Shown: positions 9,219 to 18,358 of the stretch, in pieces
Position numbering within the stretch: the first letter of the stretch is position 1
How the letters are laid out: each line of letters starts with the position of its first letter
Assembly: GCA_051252375.1 (NCBI GenBank)
Contig: JBPOFY010000003.1
Coordinates: 32,001-96,000, forward strand
From: Opitutaceae bacterium
GTDB taxonomy: Bacteria; Verrucomicrobiota; Verrucomicrobiia; Opitutales; Coraliomargaritaceae
DNA: 64,000 nucleotides
Direction of reading: 5' to 3'
Program-made: the position numbers and the translations under genes
The notes under the pieces: model-generated
What the model saw: the letters and a program-made list of their open reading frames with translations, nothing else
Told to the model about the DNA's origin: nothing
Database searches by the model: none

Positions 9219-9659
9219 ATGAATTACATACCTATAGTCATAGCCGCAGCGGATGCGGAATTGCCTGTCGAAGTGAGCCATGGCACCACCGAAGTGGTGG
9301 TGGTGGGCTTCCTCTTCGTCATGGTCGTGCTCTCTTTATTGAGTGCTGTCACGGCCGCGATCGGTGCATTTTTTGCGAAGCAAGCGGCTAGAGATGCTGC
9401 TCGCGCGGCGGAAGCCTTGCAAAACGCTGCACCAGTCATGTCGACAGTTGCGCAAGCAGCACCAGCAGCGACTCAAATCGCGACAGCTACTGAACCTGTT
9501 GCCGATGAGGACGACCCTGTCTTAGTCGCTGTAATCACGGCAGCCGTTCACTCCGTCATCGGAGATCGTGCGCACCGCATTGTTGCGGTTCGCCCAGGTC
9601 TCCCGGGATGGGCTCAAGAAGGACGCCGTCAGATCTTCTCATCGCACCGTGTGCGTTGA
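9219..9659 (+). CDS. mmdD: Na+-translocating decarboxylase delta/OadG-family subunit
   Basis: One TM helix, Ala/Pro linker, and LVAVITAAV...WAQEGR C-terminus. Confidence 0.8.
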   Translation: MNYIPIVIAAADAELPVEVSHGTTEVVVVGFLFVMVVLSLLSAVTAAIGAFFAKQAARDAARAAEALQNAAPVMSTVAQAAPAATQIATATEPVADEDDPVLVAVITAAVHSVIGDRAHRIVAVRPGLPGWAQEGRRQIFSSHRVR

Positions 9660-9704
9660 TTACATTCTCAAACAAACAAAACATTTATTAAAATAAGGAA
9701 TATT

Positions 9705-10103
9705 ATGAAACGGTTACGCATTACTGTAGAAGGAAAAACATACGACGTAGATGTCGAATTACTTGATGAGGGCTTCGCAGGCTCCGCACCACGTCCCGCA
9801 GCTCCCCGCAGCAGCACACGTGTCGCGGCTCCAGTCGCCGCACCGAAGCCCGCCGCAGCTCCCGCAGCCGCCTCTGTCGCAGGTGGTGGTGCAGGTGATG
9901 TCGGTAGCCCGTTGGCTGCTGTGGTTGTCTCGATTGATGTGGCTATTGGTGACACTGTCGCCCCTGGCGATACAGTCATCACACTTGAAGCGATGAAGAT
10001 GAATACCATCGTCGCTGCAACATCTGGCGGCACGGTCAAAGCGATCCACGTTGCCAATGGTGATGCGGTCGAAGAAGGTCAACCATTGGTCACGATCGAA
10101 TAG
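9705..10103 (+). CDS. mmdC: Biotin carboxyl carrier (gamma) subunit
   Basis: EAMKM biotinylation motif and Ala/Pro linker. Confidence 0.9.
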   Translation: MKRLRITVEGKTYDVDVELLDEGFAGSAPRPAAPRSSTRVAAPVAAPKPAAAPAAASVAGGGAGDVGSPLAAVVVSIDVAIGDTVAPGDTVITLEAMKMNTIVAATSGGTVKAIHVANGDAVEEGQPLVTIE

Positions 10104-10113
10104 GAAATAGCTT

Positions 10114-11613
10114 ATGCTTGATTTACTTCACCGTCTTTACGGTAGCACTGGATTTGCCTATTTAGATTGGCGCATGTTCGTCATGTGGGCTGTTGTTGTT
10201 GGCCTGCTCTATCTTGCAGTGTATCGGAAATTCGAGCCTTTGTTGCTCGTGCCGATTGCATTTGGAGCAATGTTGGCGAATCTGCCGACACAGGGCATTA
10301 TCAATAAGCCTGCTAGTGTGCTACGTAGTCCCGAAGCTGGCATCGTGATGGTGGCGCTAGCTGAAACTGGGGCGACCGCTAAGCTGCATGCAGTGGAAAA
10401 AGTGCTGCCTAAGACGGTGGGGGATCTATCTGTCGATTCACTCGCGGCCTTATTGCACGGCGACCAAGTTGCCTACTATGGCGAAGGATCACTACTGTAT
10501 ATTATCCGCCCAGAAGGCGCGACTGAAGCTACGGCGTCTGCCCGCACTGTGGGCGGCTACCTGTTGCAGTCGACAGATACTTTGGTCTGGGCTGAAGCGG
10601 CTGGTAGGGTGGTATCGACACGCGTTGTTGAAGGTGCCGCTGTTGTCGAAGGTGAAGAATTGGCTGAGCTGCACAGCAATCATACCGGCGGCTTGTTTCA
10701 CTACTTACAGCTGGGGATCATACTCGAGATTTTCCCGCCGCTCATCTTTTTGGGCGTGGGGGCATTGACAGACTTTGGTCCACTCATTGCGAACCCTCGC
10801 ACACTCTTGCTCGGAGGCGCGGCTCAGTTCGGTGTCTTTGGCACGTTCATTGGTGCGCAGTTTCTCGGCTTTAGCGATCAAGCTTCGGCTGCGATCGGGA
10901 TCATTGGCGGGGCGGATGGTCCGACATCTATCTTCCTGGCTAATGCGCTTGCGCCCGAGTTGCTCGCGCCCATTGCCGTGGCTGCTTATAGTTACATGGC
11001 ACTTGTGCCAGTGATTCAGCCGCCGATCATGCGCGCTTTGACAACAGAGAAAGAGCGTAAGATTCGCATGAAGAGTCTGCGTAAAGTCAGCCGTTTGGAG
11101 AAGCTGGTCTTCGCGGTGATCGTGACCGTCGCCTGTATCTTGCTCGTGCCGCCAGCTGCGCCACTGATTGGGATGCTCATGTTTGGTAACTTCCTCCGCG
11201 AATGTAATGTGACTGAGCGCTTGAGCAAAGCCGCGCAAAACGAGTTGATCAATGTCATCACTATTTTTCTTGGTGCCAGTGTCGGTATCACCATGACAGG
11301 GGATCGCTTCTTGCGCACCGAGACGATCGGTATTCTCGTTCTTGGCGTGACAGCGTTTGCGGTGGCCACATCCTCAGGTATTTTGATGGCGAAAGCGATG
11401 AATGTCTTTTCCAAGAATAAGATCAACCCACTCATTGGTTCTGCCGGTGTCAGTGCGGTGCCAATGGCGGCACGGGTGAGTCAAGTGGAAGGGCAGAAGG
11501 CGGACCCCTCGAACTTCCTCCTTATGCATGCCATGGGCCCCAATGTGGCCGGAGTTATTGGCACCGCATTGGCGGCAGGTTTCTTCCTAACATTACTTGC
11601 TGATAAACACTAA
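10114..11613 (+). CDS. mmdB: Na+-translocating decarboxylase beta subunit (with inserted domain)
   Basis: FEPLLLVPI, IGIIGGADGPT, AAYSYMAL and SAGVSAVPMAARV motifs. Confidence 0.93.
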   Translation: MLDLLHRLYGSTGFAYLDWRMFVMWAVVVGLLYLAVYRKFEPLLLVPIAFGAMLANLPTQGIINKPASVLRSPEAGIVMVALAETGATAKLHAVEKVLPKTVGDLSVDSLAALLHGDQVAYYGEGSLLYIIRPEGATEATASARTVGGYLLQSTDTLVWAEAAGRVVSTRVVEGAAVVEGEELAELHSNHTGGLFHYLQLGIILEIFPPLIFLGVGALTDFGPLIANPRTLLLGGAAQFGVFGTFIGAQFLGFSDQASAAIGIIGGADGPTSIFLANALAPELLAPIAVAAYSYMALVPVIQPPIMRALTTEKERKIRMKSLRKVSRLEKLVFAVIVTVACILLVPPAAPLIGMLMFGNFLRECNVTERLSKAAQNELINVITIFLGASVGITMTGDRFLRTETIGILVLGVTAFAVATSSGILMAKAMNVFSKNKINPLIGSAGVSAVPMAARVSQVEGQKADPSNFLLMHAMGPNVAGVIGTALAAGFFLTLLADKH

Positions 11614-11657
11614 TTTTTCATTTTCAATTTGTATTCATAATTTAACTACTAAAAGAC

Positions 11658-13169
11658 ATGGTAACACAAACCACCTATCCCGTAATAAGTGCCGACGAAG
11701 CAGCCGCGCTTATTAGCAATGAAGACATTATCGGCTTCAGCGGATTCACTCCCGCTGGTGCTGCTAAAGAAATCCCGACCGCGATCGCGCGCAAGGCGGT
11801 GGCTGAGCATGAAGCTGGGCGTCCGTTTAAGATCGGAGTTGTGACAGGCGCATCGACCGGCGACAGCCTAGATGGCGAGCTTGCCCGTGCCAACGCGGTG
11901 CTGTTTCGCACGCCTTATCAAAGCGATAAGTCGCTGCGTGCGCAGATCAACAAGGGCGAAACTTGCTTCTTCGATATGCACCTATCCATGCTCCCTCAGG
12001 CAGCTCGTTATGGATTCTTAGGGAAGATAAAATACGCCATCGTTGAAGCGGCCTCGGTGAGTGATGACGGTGAGATTGTGTTCACGACGAGTGTCGGGGC
12101 ATCCAATACTTTCTGTAGTGTGGCGGACAAAATCTTGATCGAGCTCAATGAAGCGCACCCAGCTGAGTTGAGTGGTTTGCATGACATTTACGAGCCACTG
12201 GATCCACCGCTACGCCGCGAAATTCCGGTTTACAGCTGTGCTGATCGCATCGGTAGCCCTTCGATGAAAGTCGATCCCTCGAAAATCATAGGGATCGTTA
12301 AGACCAATCGTCCTGATGAAGTCGGTGGCTTTAAAGAAACCGATGCGGTGACAAAGCAAATCGGTGAAAACGTGGCAACCTTCCTAGCCAACGAGCTCAA
12401 GGTCGGACGTATCCCGAAGGATTTTTTACCGATTCAATCCGGCGTGGGTAACATTGCCAACGCGGTGCTCGGTGCTCTGGGCGAAAATCCAAACATTCCA
12501 CCTTTTGAAATGTATTCTGAGGTCATTCAAGACAGTGTGATTGGTCTGATGCGTAGTGGTGATATTAAGTTTGCCAGTGCCACATCATTGACAGTTTCGC
12601 CACCGGTATTGAAGGAAGTCTACGAAGACCTAGACTTCTTCAAGGAGCGCATGGTGCTACGTCCGCAAGAGGTGTCGAATCACCCCGAAGTGGTGCGTCG
12701 TCTCGGTATTATTTCGATTAACACCGCGATTGAAGCCGACATTTGGGGGAACATTAATTCCACCCACGTCATGGGAAATAACTTGATGAACGGCATCGGC
12801 GGTTCGGGTGACTTTACTCGCAATGCTTACATCTCGATTTTCACTTGTCCTTCGATTGCGAAGGGTGGGGCGATCAGCACGATCGTGCCAATGGTGGCTC
12901 ACCTCGACCACAGTGAGCACAGTGTGCAAGTCCTCATCACCGATCAAGGCATTGCCGACCTCCGTGGTAAAGACCCCGGTGAGCGTGCCCGTGAAATCGT
13001 TGATAAGTGTGCGCATCCAGAATACAAAGATCAACTTCACGCCTATTTCGACGATGTGAAAGACGGCCACACACCGCAGACTCTACGCACTGCTTTTGCT
13101 ATGCATGAAGCGTTCATGGAAAAGAAAGATATGCGCGGGGTCGATTGGACTTCGAAATACAGCAAGTAA
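11658..13169 (+). CDS. scpC: Succinate/propionate CoA-transferase (acetyl-CoA hydrolase/transferase family)
   Basis: QSGVGNIANAV and NGIGGSGDFTRNA motifs. Confidence 0.88.
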   Translation: MVTQTTYPVISADEAAALISNEDIIGFSGFTPAGAAKEIPTAIARKAVAEHEAGRPFKIGVVTGASTGDSLDGELARANAVLFRTPYQSDKSLRAQINKGETCFFDMHLSMLPQAARYGFLGKIKYAIVEAASVSDDGEIVFTTSVGASNTFCSVADKILIELNEAHPAELSGLHDIYEPLDPPLRREIPVYSCADRIGSPSMKVDPSKIIGIVKTNRPDEVGGFKETDAVTKQIGENVATFLANELKVGRIPKDFLPIQSGVGNIANAVLGALGENPNIPPFEMYSEVIQDSVIGLMRSGDIKFASATSLTVSPPVLKEVYEDLDFFKERMVLRPQEVSNHPEVVRRLGIISINTAIEADIWGNINSTHVMGNNLMNGIGGSGDFTRNAYISIFTCPSIAKGGAISTIVPMVAHLDHSEHSVQVLITDQGIADLRGKDPGERAREIVDKCAHPEYKDQLHAYFDDVKDGHTPQTLRTAFAMHEAFMEKKDMRGVDWTSKYSK

Positions 13170-13177
13170 TCGCTTTT

Positions 13178-13254
13178 CTTAATCATATTCTTAATTTTAA
13201 TCCTTTTGTATACGGGAGGAGATTATGATTAAGAGTAAGATTGTGATTAGGATT
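13178..13254. repeat. Inverted hexamer tandem repeats
   Basis: CTTAAT-CATATT-CTTAAT-TTTAAT versus ATTATG-ATTAAG-AGTAAG-ATTGTG-ATTAGG. Confidence 0.65.
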
Positions 13255-13259
13255 TTTAA

Positions 13260-14234
13260 ATGAAAAGTCTTCCCGATATCGAAGCGATGTATGCCGGCGT
13301 TCTCGCAGGCGATCGCGCTTATTTAGCGCGTGCTATTACGTTGGTGGAAAGCCGTGCTCCGAAGCATCGGCCGTTTGCTCGCGATCTCATGCAACGTATT
13401 TTACCGCACAGCGGTGGTGCGATGAGAGTCGGATTGACGGGTGTGCCGGGGGCAGGGAAGAGCACTTTTATCGAAGCCTTGGGGATGTTACTATGCCAGC
13501 AAGGTAAGAAGGTCGCCGTGCTGGCGGTCGATCCTAGTAGCTCAGTCAATGGGGGTAGTATTCTCGGCGACAAAACCCGGATGGAAGACCTGTCCCGCGA
13601 GTTGAATGCCTTTATCCGCCCGTCTCCCTCCGGAGTTTCGTTGGGCGGTGTGGCGGCGCGCACGCGCGAAGCTTTGTTGCTCTGCGAAGCGGCTGGTTAC
13701 GATGTGGTGCTCGTTGAGACGGTCGGCGTGGGCCAAAGCGAAACCGCCGTTCGCACGATGACAGACTTCTTTCTTTTGCTGCAAATCGCGGGTGCTGGTG
13801 ACGAGTTGCAAGGTATTAAAAAAGGGGTGATCGAATTGGCAGATGCGATCGTGGTGAATAAAGCCGATGGCGGAAATCTCCTGCGCGCGGAGCAAGCCAA
13901 AATGGAATACACCAAGGTGTTGCATTTCCTCCATCCTTTCACGCCCGGTTGGAAGCCGCAGGCGATGACCTGTTCCGCCCTCAACTCCGAAGGTGTCGAT
14001 GCGGTTTGGCAATTGATTGAGCAATTTCGCGATGAGCTCACGACCAGCGGTGTCTTTGATCAGCGCCGACGTGAGCAGAATGTAGACTGGTTCAAGTCGC
14101 TTCTACAATACGCAGTGATGGACCGCTTTACGGCCGAAAATCACACTGCGATTAACGACTACGAAGCGGCCGTCGGCGAAGGCAGTGTGCCAGTTTCCGT
14201 CGCGCTCGATGCCTTGCTGAATCGCGAAGATTAG
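13260..14234 (+). CDS. meaB: MCM-associated GTPase metallochaperone
   Basis: GVPGAGKST, GDKTRM, ETVGVGQSE and NKAD motifs. Confidence 0.95.
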   Translation: MKSLPDIEAMYAGVLAGDRAYLARAITLVESRAPKHRPFARDLMQRILPHSGGAMRVGLTGVPGAGKSTFIEALGMLLCQQGKKVAVLAVDPSSSVNGGSILGDKTRMEDLSRELNAFIRPSPSGVSLGGVAARTREALLLCEAAGYDVVLVETVGVGQSETAVRTMTDFFLLLQIAGAGDELQGIKKGVIELADAIVVNKADGGNLLRAEQAKMEYTKVLHFLHPFTPGWKPQAMTCSALNSEGVDAVWQLIEQFRDELTTSGVFDQRRREQNVDWFKSLLQYAVMDRFTAENHTAINDYEAAVGEGSVPVSVALDALLNRED

Positions 14235-14239
14235 TTCGT

Positions 14240-15532
14240 TTACTTGCGAATCAATAAGAAAGCGCCCGCGCCATCGTGTCCACTTTCCCATGGGAGGCTT
14301 TGTTGGCCTTCCTTCAGTTCGAACGGCTGACCTTCTGGAGATTGTAGGAAAGCTGTCACGACGTAATCGTTTTCGGCTTTTTCGATACTGCAGGTGCTGT
14401 AAACGAGTCGACCGCCGACTTTGACGAAACTTGCCGCAGCTTTGAGCAGATCGGCTTGGAGTTGAGCGCAACTATCGATGTCGCTGACATCCAAGCGCCA
14501 TTTCACGTCGGTGCGGCGCTGGATCACACCGGTATTGGAACACGGCGCGTCCAACATGACGGCGTCATAAAGTGGTGGCAGGCCTTTGGCTTCGAGGTCA
14601 GCAGCGGTTAGTTTAAGAACGTCTTTTTCGACTATTGAACAGGCGAGGGTGTCGGACTGAACGGTGCTGAGGTTCTCCTGTAGTCGTGGGATGCGGTTGC
14701 CGGGTAGATCAACCGCGACAATCTGTCCCTTGCATTGCATGCCGTGGGCGAGGTCGAAAGCTTTGCCGCCAGGAGCCGCGCATAGGTCGAGTACTGACTC
14801 GCCGGGCTGTGGCGCGAGCAGGGCAGGGGCGATCCGTGTTGAGGGATCTTTTGCGTAGGCATCACCCTTATTCAGAAGGGGGCGAAGATCCTCGTTCCAG
14901 GAAGCATTTTCGGTCGCTTTGTAGAAATGCGGCCACGGAGTGGCTTCGAGACCATTCGGAATCGTGTCCGGAATGTTGTAGAGTTTTAAGTATGTGGCGG
15001 GAATGCCCTGATCCCATTGCAGCAATTGCACTGTGGTATCTTTACCAAATTCGGCATTCCAGCGCTTTACCAACCATCGCGGATGGCTGTATTTGCCAGC
15101 GGTGTCATTTGATTCCTGAAGCTTTAAGAGGCTATTCGGGAGTTTGCGGAGCACGGCATTGAGAAAGCCTAGCTCCGATTTCGCTACGATATTTTTGCCT
15201 CTCTCGACCGCGTGATGGACGATTTTCGGCATTTTTTCAGCATCCGCGGCGATCATTTCGTAGCCAGCGACCATTAAGATCGCCTTCACGAGCGACCTCG
15301 GTTGTTTGCGCACTAATGGCTCTAGAGCCACCTCTACACAGTGTCCGTGGCGTAGTGCCCCTAGGAAAAGGGATTGGCAAATCGCCCTGCGGTCGCCTTG
15401 GAAGGAGTCTGGTAGGCGTTCCAGTAGCTGGTTGGCTTTCAGGTTTTCGGAGAAGTAACCTTCTAGTAAGATTACGGCTCCATCCCAGCCCGTTGTAGAC
15501 TGTTTTGATAAATTTAACTTAATACTTCTCAT
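14240..15532 (-). CDS. rsmB: 16S rRNA m5C methyltransferase RsmB/Sun family (NusB-like N-terminus)
   Basis: DLCAAPGGK, DAPCSNTG and YSTCS motifs; start taken at ATG 15532. Confidence 0.88.
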   Translation of the reverse strand: MRSIKLNLSKQSTTGWDGAVILLEGYFSENLKANQLLERLPDSFQGDRRAICQSLFLGALRHGHCVEVALEPLVRKQPRSLVKAILMVAGYEMIAADAEKMPKIVHHAVERGKNIVAKSELGFLNAVLRKLPNSLLKLQESNDTAGKYSHPRWLVKRWNAEFGKDTTVQLLQWDQGIPATYLKLYNIPDTIPNGLEATPWPHFYKATENASWNEDLRPLLNKGDAYAKDPSTRIAPALLAPQPGESVLDLCAAPGGKAFDLAHGMQCKGQIVAVDLPGNRIPRLQENLSTVQSDTLACSIVEKDVLKLTAADLEAKGLPPLYDAVMLDAPCSNTGVIQRRTDVKWRLDVSDIDSCAQLQADLLKAAASFVKVGGRLVYSTCSIEKAENDYVVTAFLQSPEGQPFELKEGQQSLPWESGHDGAGAFLLIRK

Positions 15533-15592
15533 TGGTATAGAAACTGTGCATAGTTCATCGTTTACGAATAAGAACCACATTCGCAATCTATT

Positions 15593-17452
15593 ATGAATAA
15601 AGAGGCAATTGACGCTCTCATTGAGAAAAATCCAAAACTAGCTCCGTTTCGCGCGAAGCTTGAAACCATGTCTGCAGGCAACTATTGCCTACACCGCAGC
15701 TGGGGTTTCGGTAAAATCGTAGACTACGACGAAGCTGCTGATCGTTTGATCATCGACTTTGAAGAAGGTAAGGACGGTCATGCTATGGCTCCTGCATTTT
15801 GTGTCGATAAATTAGACATCCTTAAGCCGGATGATGTTCTCGTGCGCTCACGCACTGAGCCTGATGTTATCGAGGAGATGATTAAGAAGCGCCCAGCTGA
15901 CTTGATCTGCGACATCCTGAAATCATCCGAAAGCCAGGCTATGATGGCGTCTGAGATCGAGCGTAACTTGGCTCGTGTCATCGGTCCGATCAAATACAAG
16001 AAGTGGTGGACCGCGACTAAGAAGGTCTTGGTGGTTGACCCACGTATTGGTGCACCGATCAAAAAGTCGGACCCTTATATCTTCCGCGACGAGCCAGTGA
16101 AGCCAGAGGAAGAAATCCTCGAGCAATTCCACGGCACAAAGAATTCCAAGCAAAAGATCCTCCTCGGTGAGAAGCTTTACGCGCTTTCCGAAAACATTTC
16201 CGTGGTTCGCGAAGAAATGCCAGGCATCCTTGCTGAGCTGACCGATGCGATTGCCAATGCTAAAAGCCTCAGCCAAGCAGATCGCTTGCATGGTGTTTGG
16301 GTGCGTAACAACCTTGCTCGCGACTTGCACGAGGATGTTGAAATCTTGGAGCCATCGTCTGCATCGATCCTCGATTCCACCAACGATTACTCTGAGCTCG
16401 CAGCTGAATTGCCTGCGACTTACTTCAAGCGTTATCTTGATTTGATTCGCCGCACTTATCCAGACAAGTGGCAGCAAATGGTTGAAGACTTGCTCCGCAA
16501 CTCCAGTGGTAAGTTCACTAGTGAGTCTATCAACTTCATGCTAGAGCAAGAGTTGGACGAGCGTATCAGCTACTGTCTTAACCGCTGGCTCAACGAGCAA
16601 ACCATTAAAGGACCACTTCTTTTCTGGGTCGTTAAGAACCGCCACTCTAAGAAGTATGCTTCCATCATCGAACCATTGGTCACACCGCGCCTCCTGGCTG
16701 CGATGTTCTATGCGATCGACTACGAAGCCCTGCAAAATGCAAGCACACGCCGTATCCCACTCGCTGACTTGTTGAGTGATGATACCGACCTCATTCCTGA
16801 CCTCTTGGCTGATGCCAACGTTGAGACTGCAAGCGATCTGGCTCAAACACTCTTGCTCAATCAAGGCTTCGAGGATTTGACTAAGAAGTCCTTGCTCGCT
16901 CGATTCATTAAGAAATTCCCAACCATCCAGAGCCTGTTGGCTGGTGAAGCAGCTTCCACATCTGAGGAAGATGCGCTCATCGTTTCGCAAGAAAGCTTCA
17001 ACCGCTCGAAAGCAGAATACGAAGAATTGCTTAGCACGAAGATCCCTGAGAATAAGGAAGCTATTTCCATCGCACGTGATCATGGTGACTTGAAGGAGAA
17101 TTCGGAGTATAAGATGGCTCGTCAGGACCAAGACATGCTGCTTTCTCGTAAGAACGAGCTTGAGGTCGATCTGTCTCGCGCACGTATCACAGACTTCACT
17201 GACGCCACCACCGAAAATGTGGGTATCGGTTGTATCGTTGACCTCAAGGAAGGCTCGACTGGTAAAACCTTCAAGTACTCGATTCTCGGTGCATGGGATT
17301 CCGATCCTAAGCACGATATCCTTTCCTACAAAACGCCACTTGCGCAGCAGCTCTTGGGCAAGGAAAAGGGTGATACCGTCACAACGAAGATCGGTGGCAA
17401 CAAGGAAGACTGGACCATCCTCAGCATCAAGCGCTGGTTGGATAAGAAATAG
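15593..17452 (+). CDS. greA: Long-form transcription elongation factor GreA
   Basis: C-terminal ARDHGDLKENSEY GreA domain with a ~460-aa N-terminal extension. Confidence 0.9.
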   Translation: MNKEAIDALIEKNPKLAPFRAKLETMSAGNYCLHRSWGFGKIVDYDEAADRLIIDFEEGKDGHAMAPAFCVDKLDILKPDDVLVRSRTEPDVIEEMIKKRPADLICDILKSSESQAMMASEIERNLARVIGPIKYKKWWTATKKVLVVDPRIGAPIKKSDPYIFRDEPVKPEEEILEQFHGTKNSKQKILLGEKLYALSENISVVREEMPGILAELTDAIANAKSLSQADRLHGVWVRNNLARDLHEDVEILEPSSASILDSTNDYSELAAELPATYFKRYLDLIRRTYPDKWQQMVEDLLRNSSGKFTSESINFMLEQELDERISYCLNRWLNEQTIKGPLLFWVVKNRHSKKYASIIEPLVTPRLLAAMFYAIDYEALQNASTRRIPLADLLSDDTDLIPDLLADANVETASDLAQTLLLNQGFEDLTKKSLLARFIKKFPTIQSLLAGEAASTSEEDALIVSQESFNRSKAEYEELLSTKIPENKEAISIARDHGDLKENSEYKMARQDQDMLLSRKNELEVDLSRARITDFTDATTENVGIGCIVDLKEGSTGKTFKYSILGAWDSDPKHDILSYKTPLAQQLLGKEKGDTVTTKIGGNKEDWTILSIKRWLDKK

Positions 17453-17472
17453 TCATCCGCATAAAGTTTATC

Positions 17473-17503
17473 AAAAGGCGTCCCAATGCGGGGCGCCTTT
17501 TTT
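17473..17503 (+). terminator. Rho-independent terminator after greA
   Basis: AAAAGGCGTCCC-AATGC-GGGGCGCCTTTTTT. Confidence 0.8.
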
Positions 17504-17534
17504 GTTTAGTGCGCTCTATGGTGAGTTTGCTAAA

Positions 17535-17601
17535 TGTAGCAACGTCACTCTGTGACGTTTTCGACTGGTGAGGTGACACGACACAGAGTGCCATGGCTAC
17601 A
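17535..17601. repeat. GTAG-type REP doublet
   Basis: TGTAGC-AACGTCAC-TCT-GTGACGTT ... CACGACACAGAGTGCCATGGCTACA. Confidence 0.75.
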
Positions 17602-17633
17602 AATTTTGGTGTAGACCCTTCGTTCTCATCCTT

Positions 17634-17759
17634 CTGGTCGCCTCTTTTGGGCTGCGCCTTAAATGGCGGAGAATGAGGGATTGGTGCCTGTCGGCATCGC
17701 TACACGATCACACTGCGTGTGCCCCATCTCCGGTCGCATTTGCTCCTTCCGTCGAACCC
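17634..17759 (-). repeat. Interrupted copy of the tRNA-Ser 3' end plus flank
   Basis: Minus strand GGGTTCGA-[~69 bp]-AATCCCTCATTCTCCGCCATTTAAGGCGCAGCC, 147 bp from the real tRNA 3' end. Confidence 0.75.
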
Positions 17760-17808
17760 AGTGGTCCGCATCTCCTCTTTCTGGCCGCCCTTTTGCGGCT
17801 GCGCCTTA

Positions 17809-17900
<92 letters not shown>

Positions 17901-17970
17901 ATGCCAAAGTTGAGGAAGACAATTAAAACGGAGGAGCTTGGCAAGCTTTGTCTATGATCTGAGTGGCCTT

Positions 17971-18157
17971 TTCGGCCATTGTTCGATCATTGCCCAGAGG
18001 GCGCCCATTCTCTCACCCCTTCGGGGCAAATCCTTTTGGAGGATTTACCATCTTCGCGCTATCGCGCTACGTCTGCCACTTCTCCATGCCAAAGTTGAGG
18101 AAGACAATTAAAACAGAGGAGCTTGACCAGCTTTGTCTATGATCTGAGTGCCCTTTT
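17971..18157 (-). repeat. Duplicated tRNA-Ser upstream region and 5' end, interrupted by a hairpin-array insert
   Basis: 18072-18157 repeats 17887-17972 (86 bp, 4 mismatches by eye). The insert at 17979-18071 sits between GGCAGA and TGGCCGAA of the D-arm. Confidence 0.8.
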
Positions 18158-18358
18158 GCGTATTATTGGGGCCAGATGAGAGGATTTGGATGATTGCTAG
18201 CGATGACTCGTGCTCACGAATTTTTAAATTTACGCGGGCATGTTAATATGATGCATTCATCGCTTCGTTGGTTCCAATCCCGCGAACACAGTATTCACTT
18301 AGTATAATATCCTGTTACACTGCAAAACTTAACACTGTTTGATCACTAATCAGTAATT

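Noticed and set aside
18270..18350. Fucose-regulator operator (ACACTG-like direct repeats) upstream of fucP
   Set aside because: The repeats are short and degenerate, and no regulator gene is nearby to support them.
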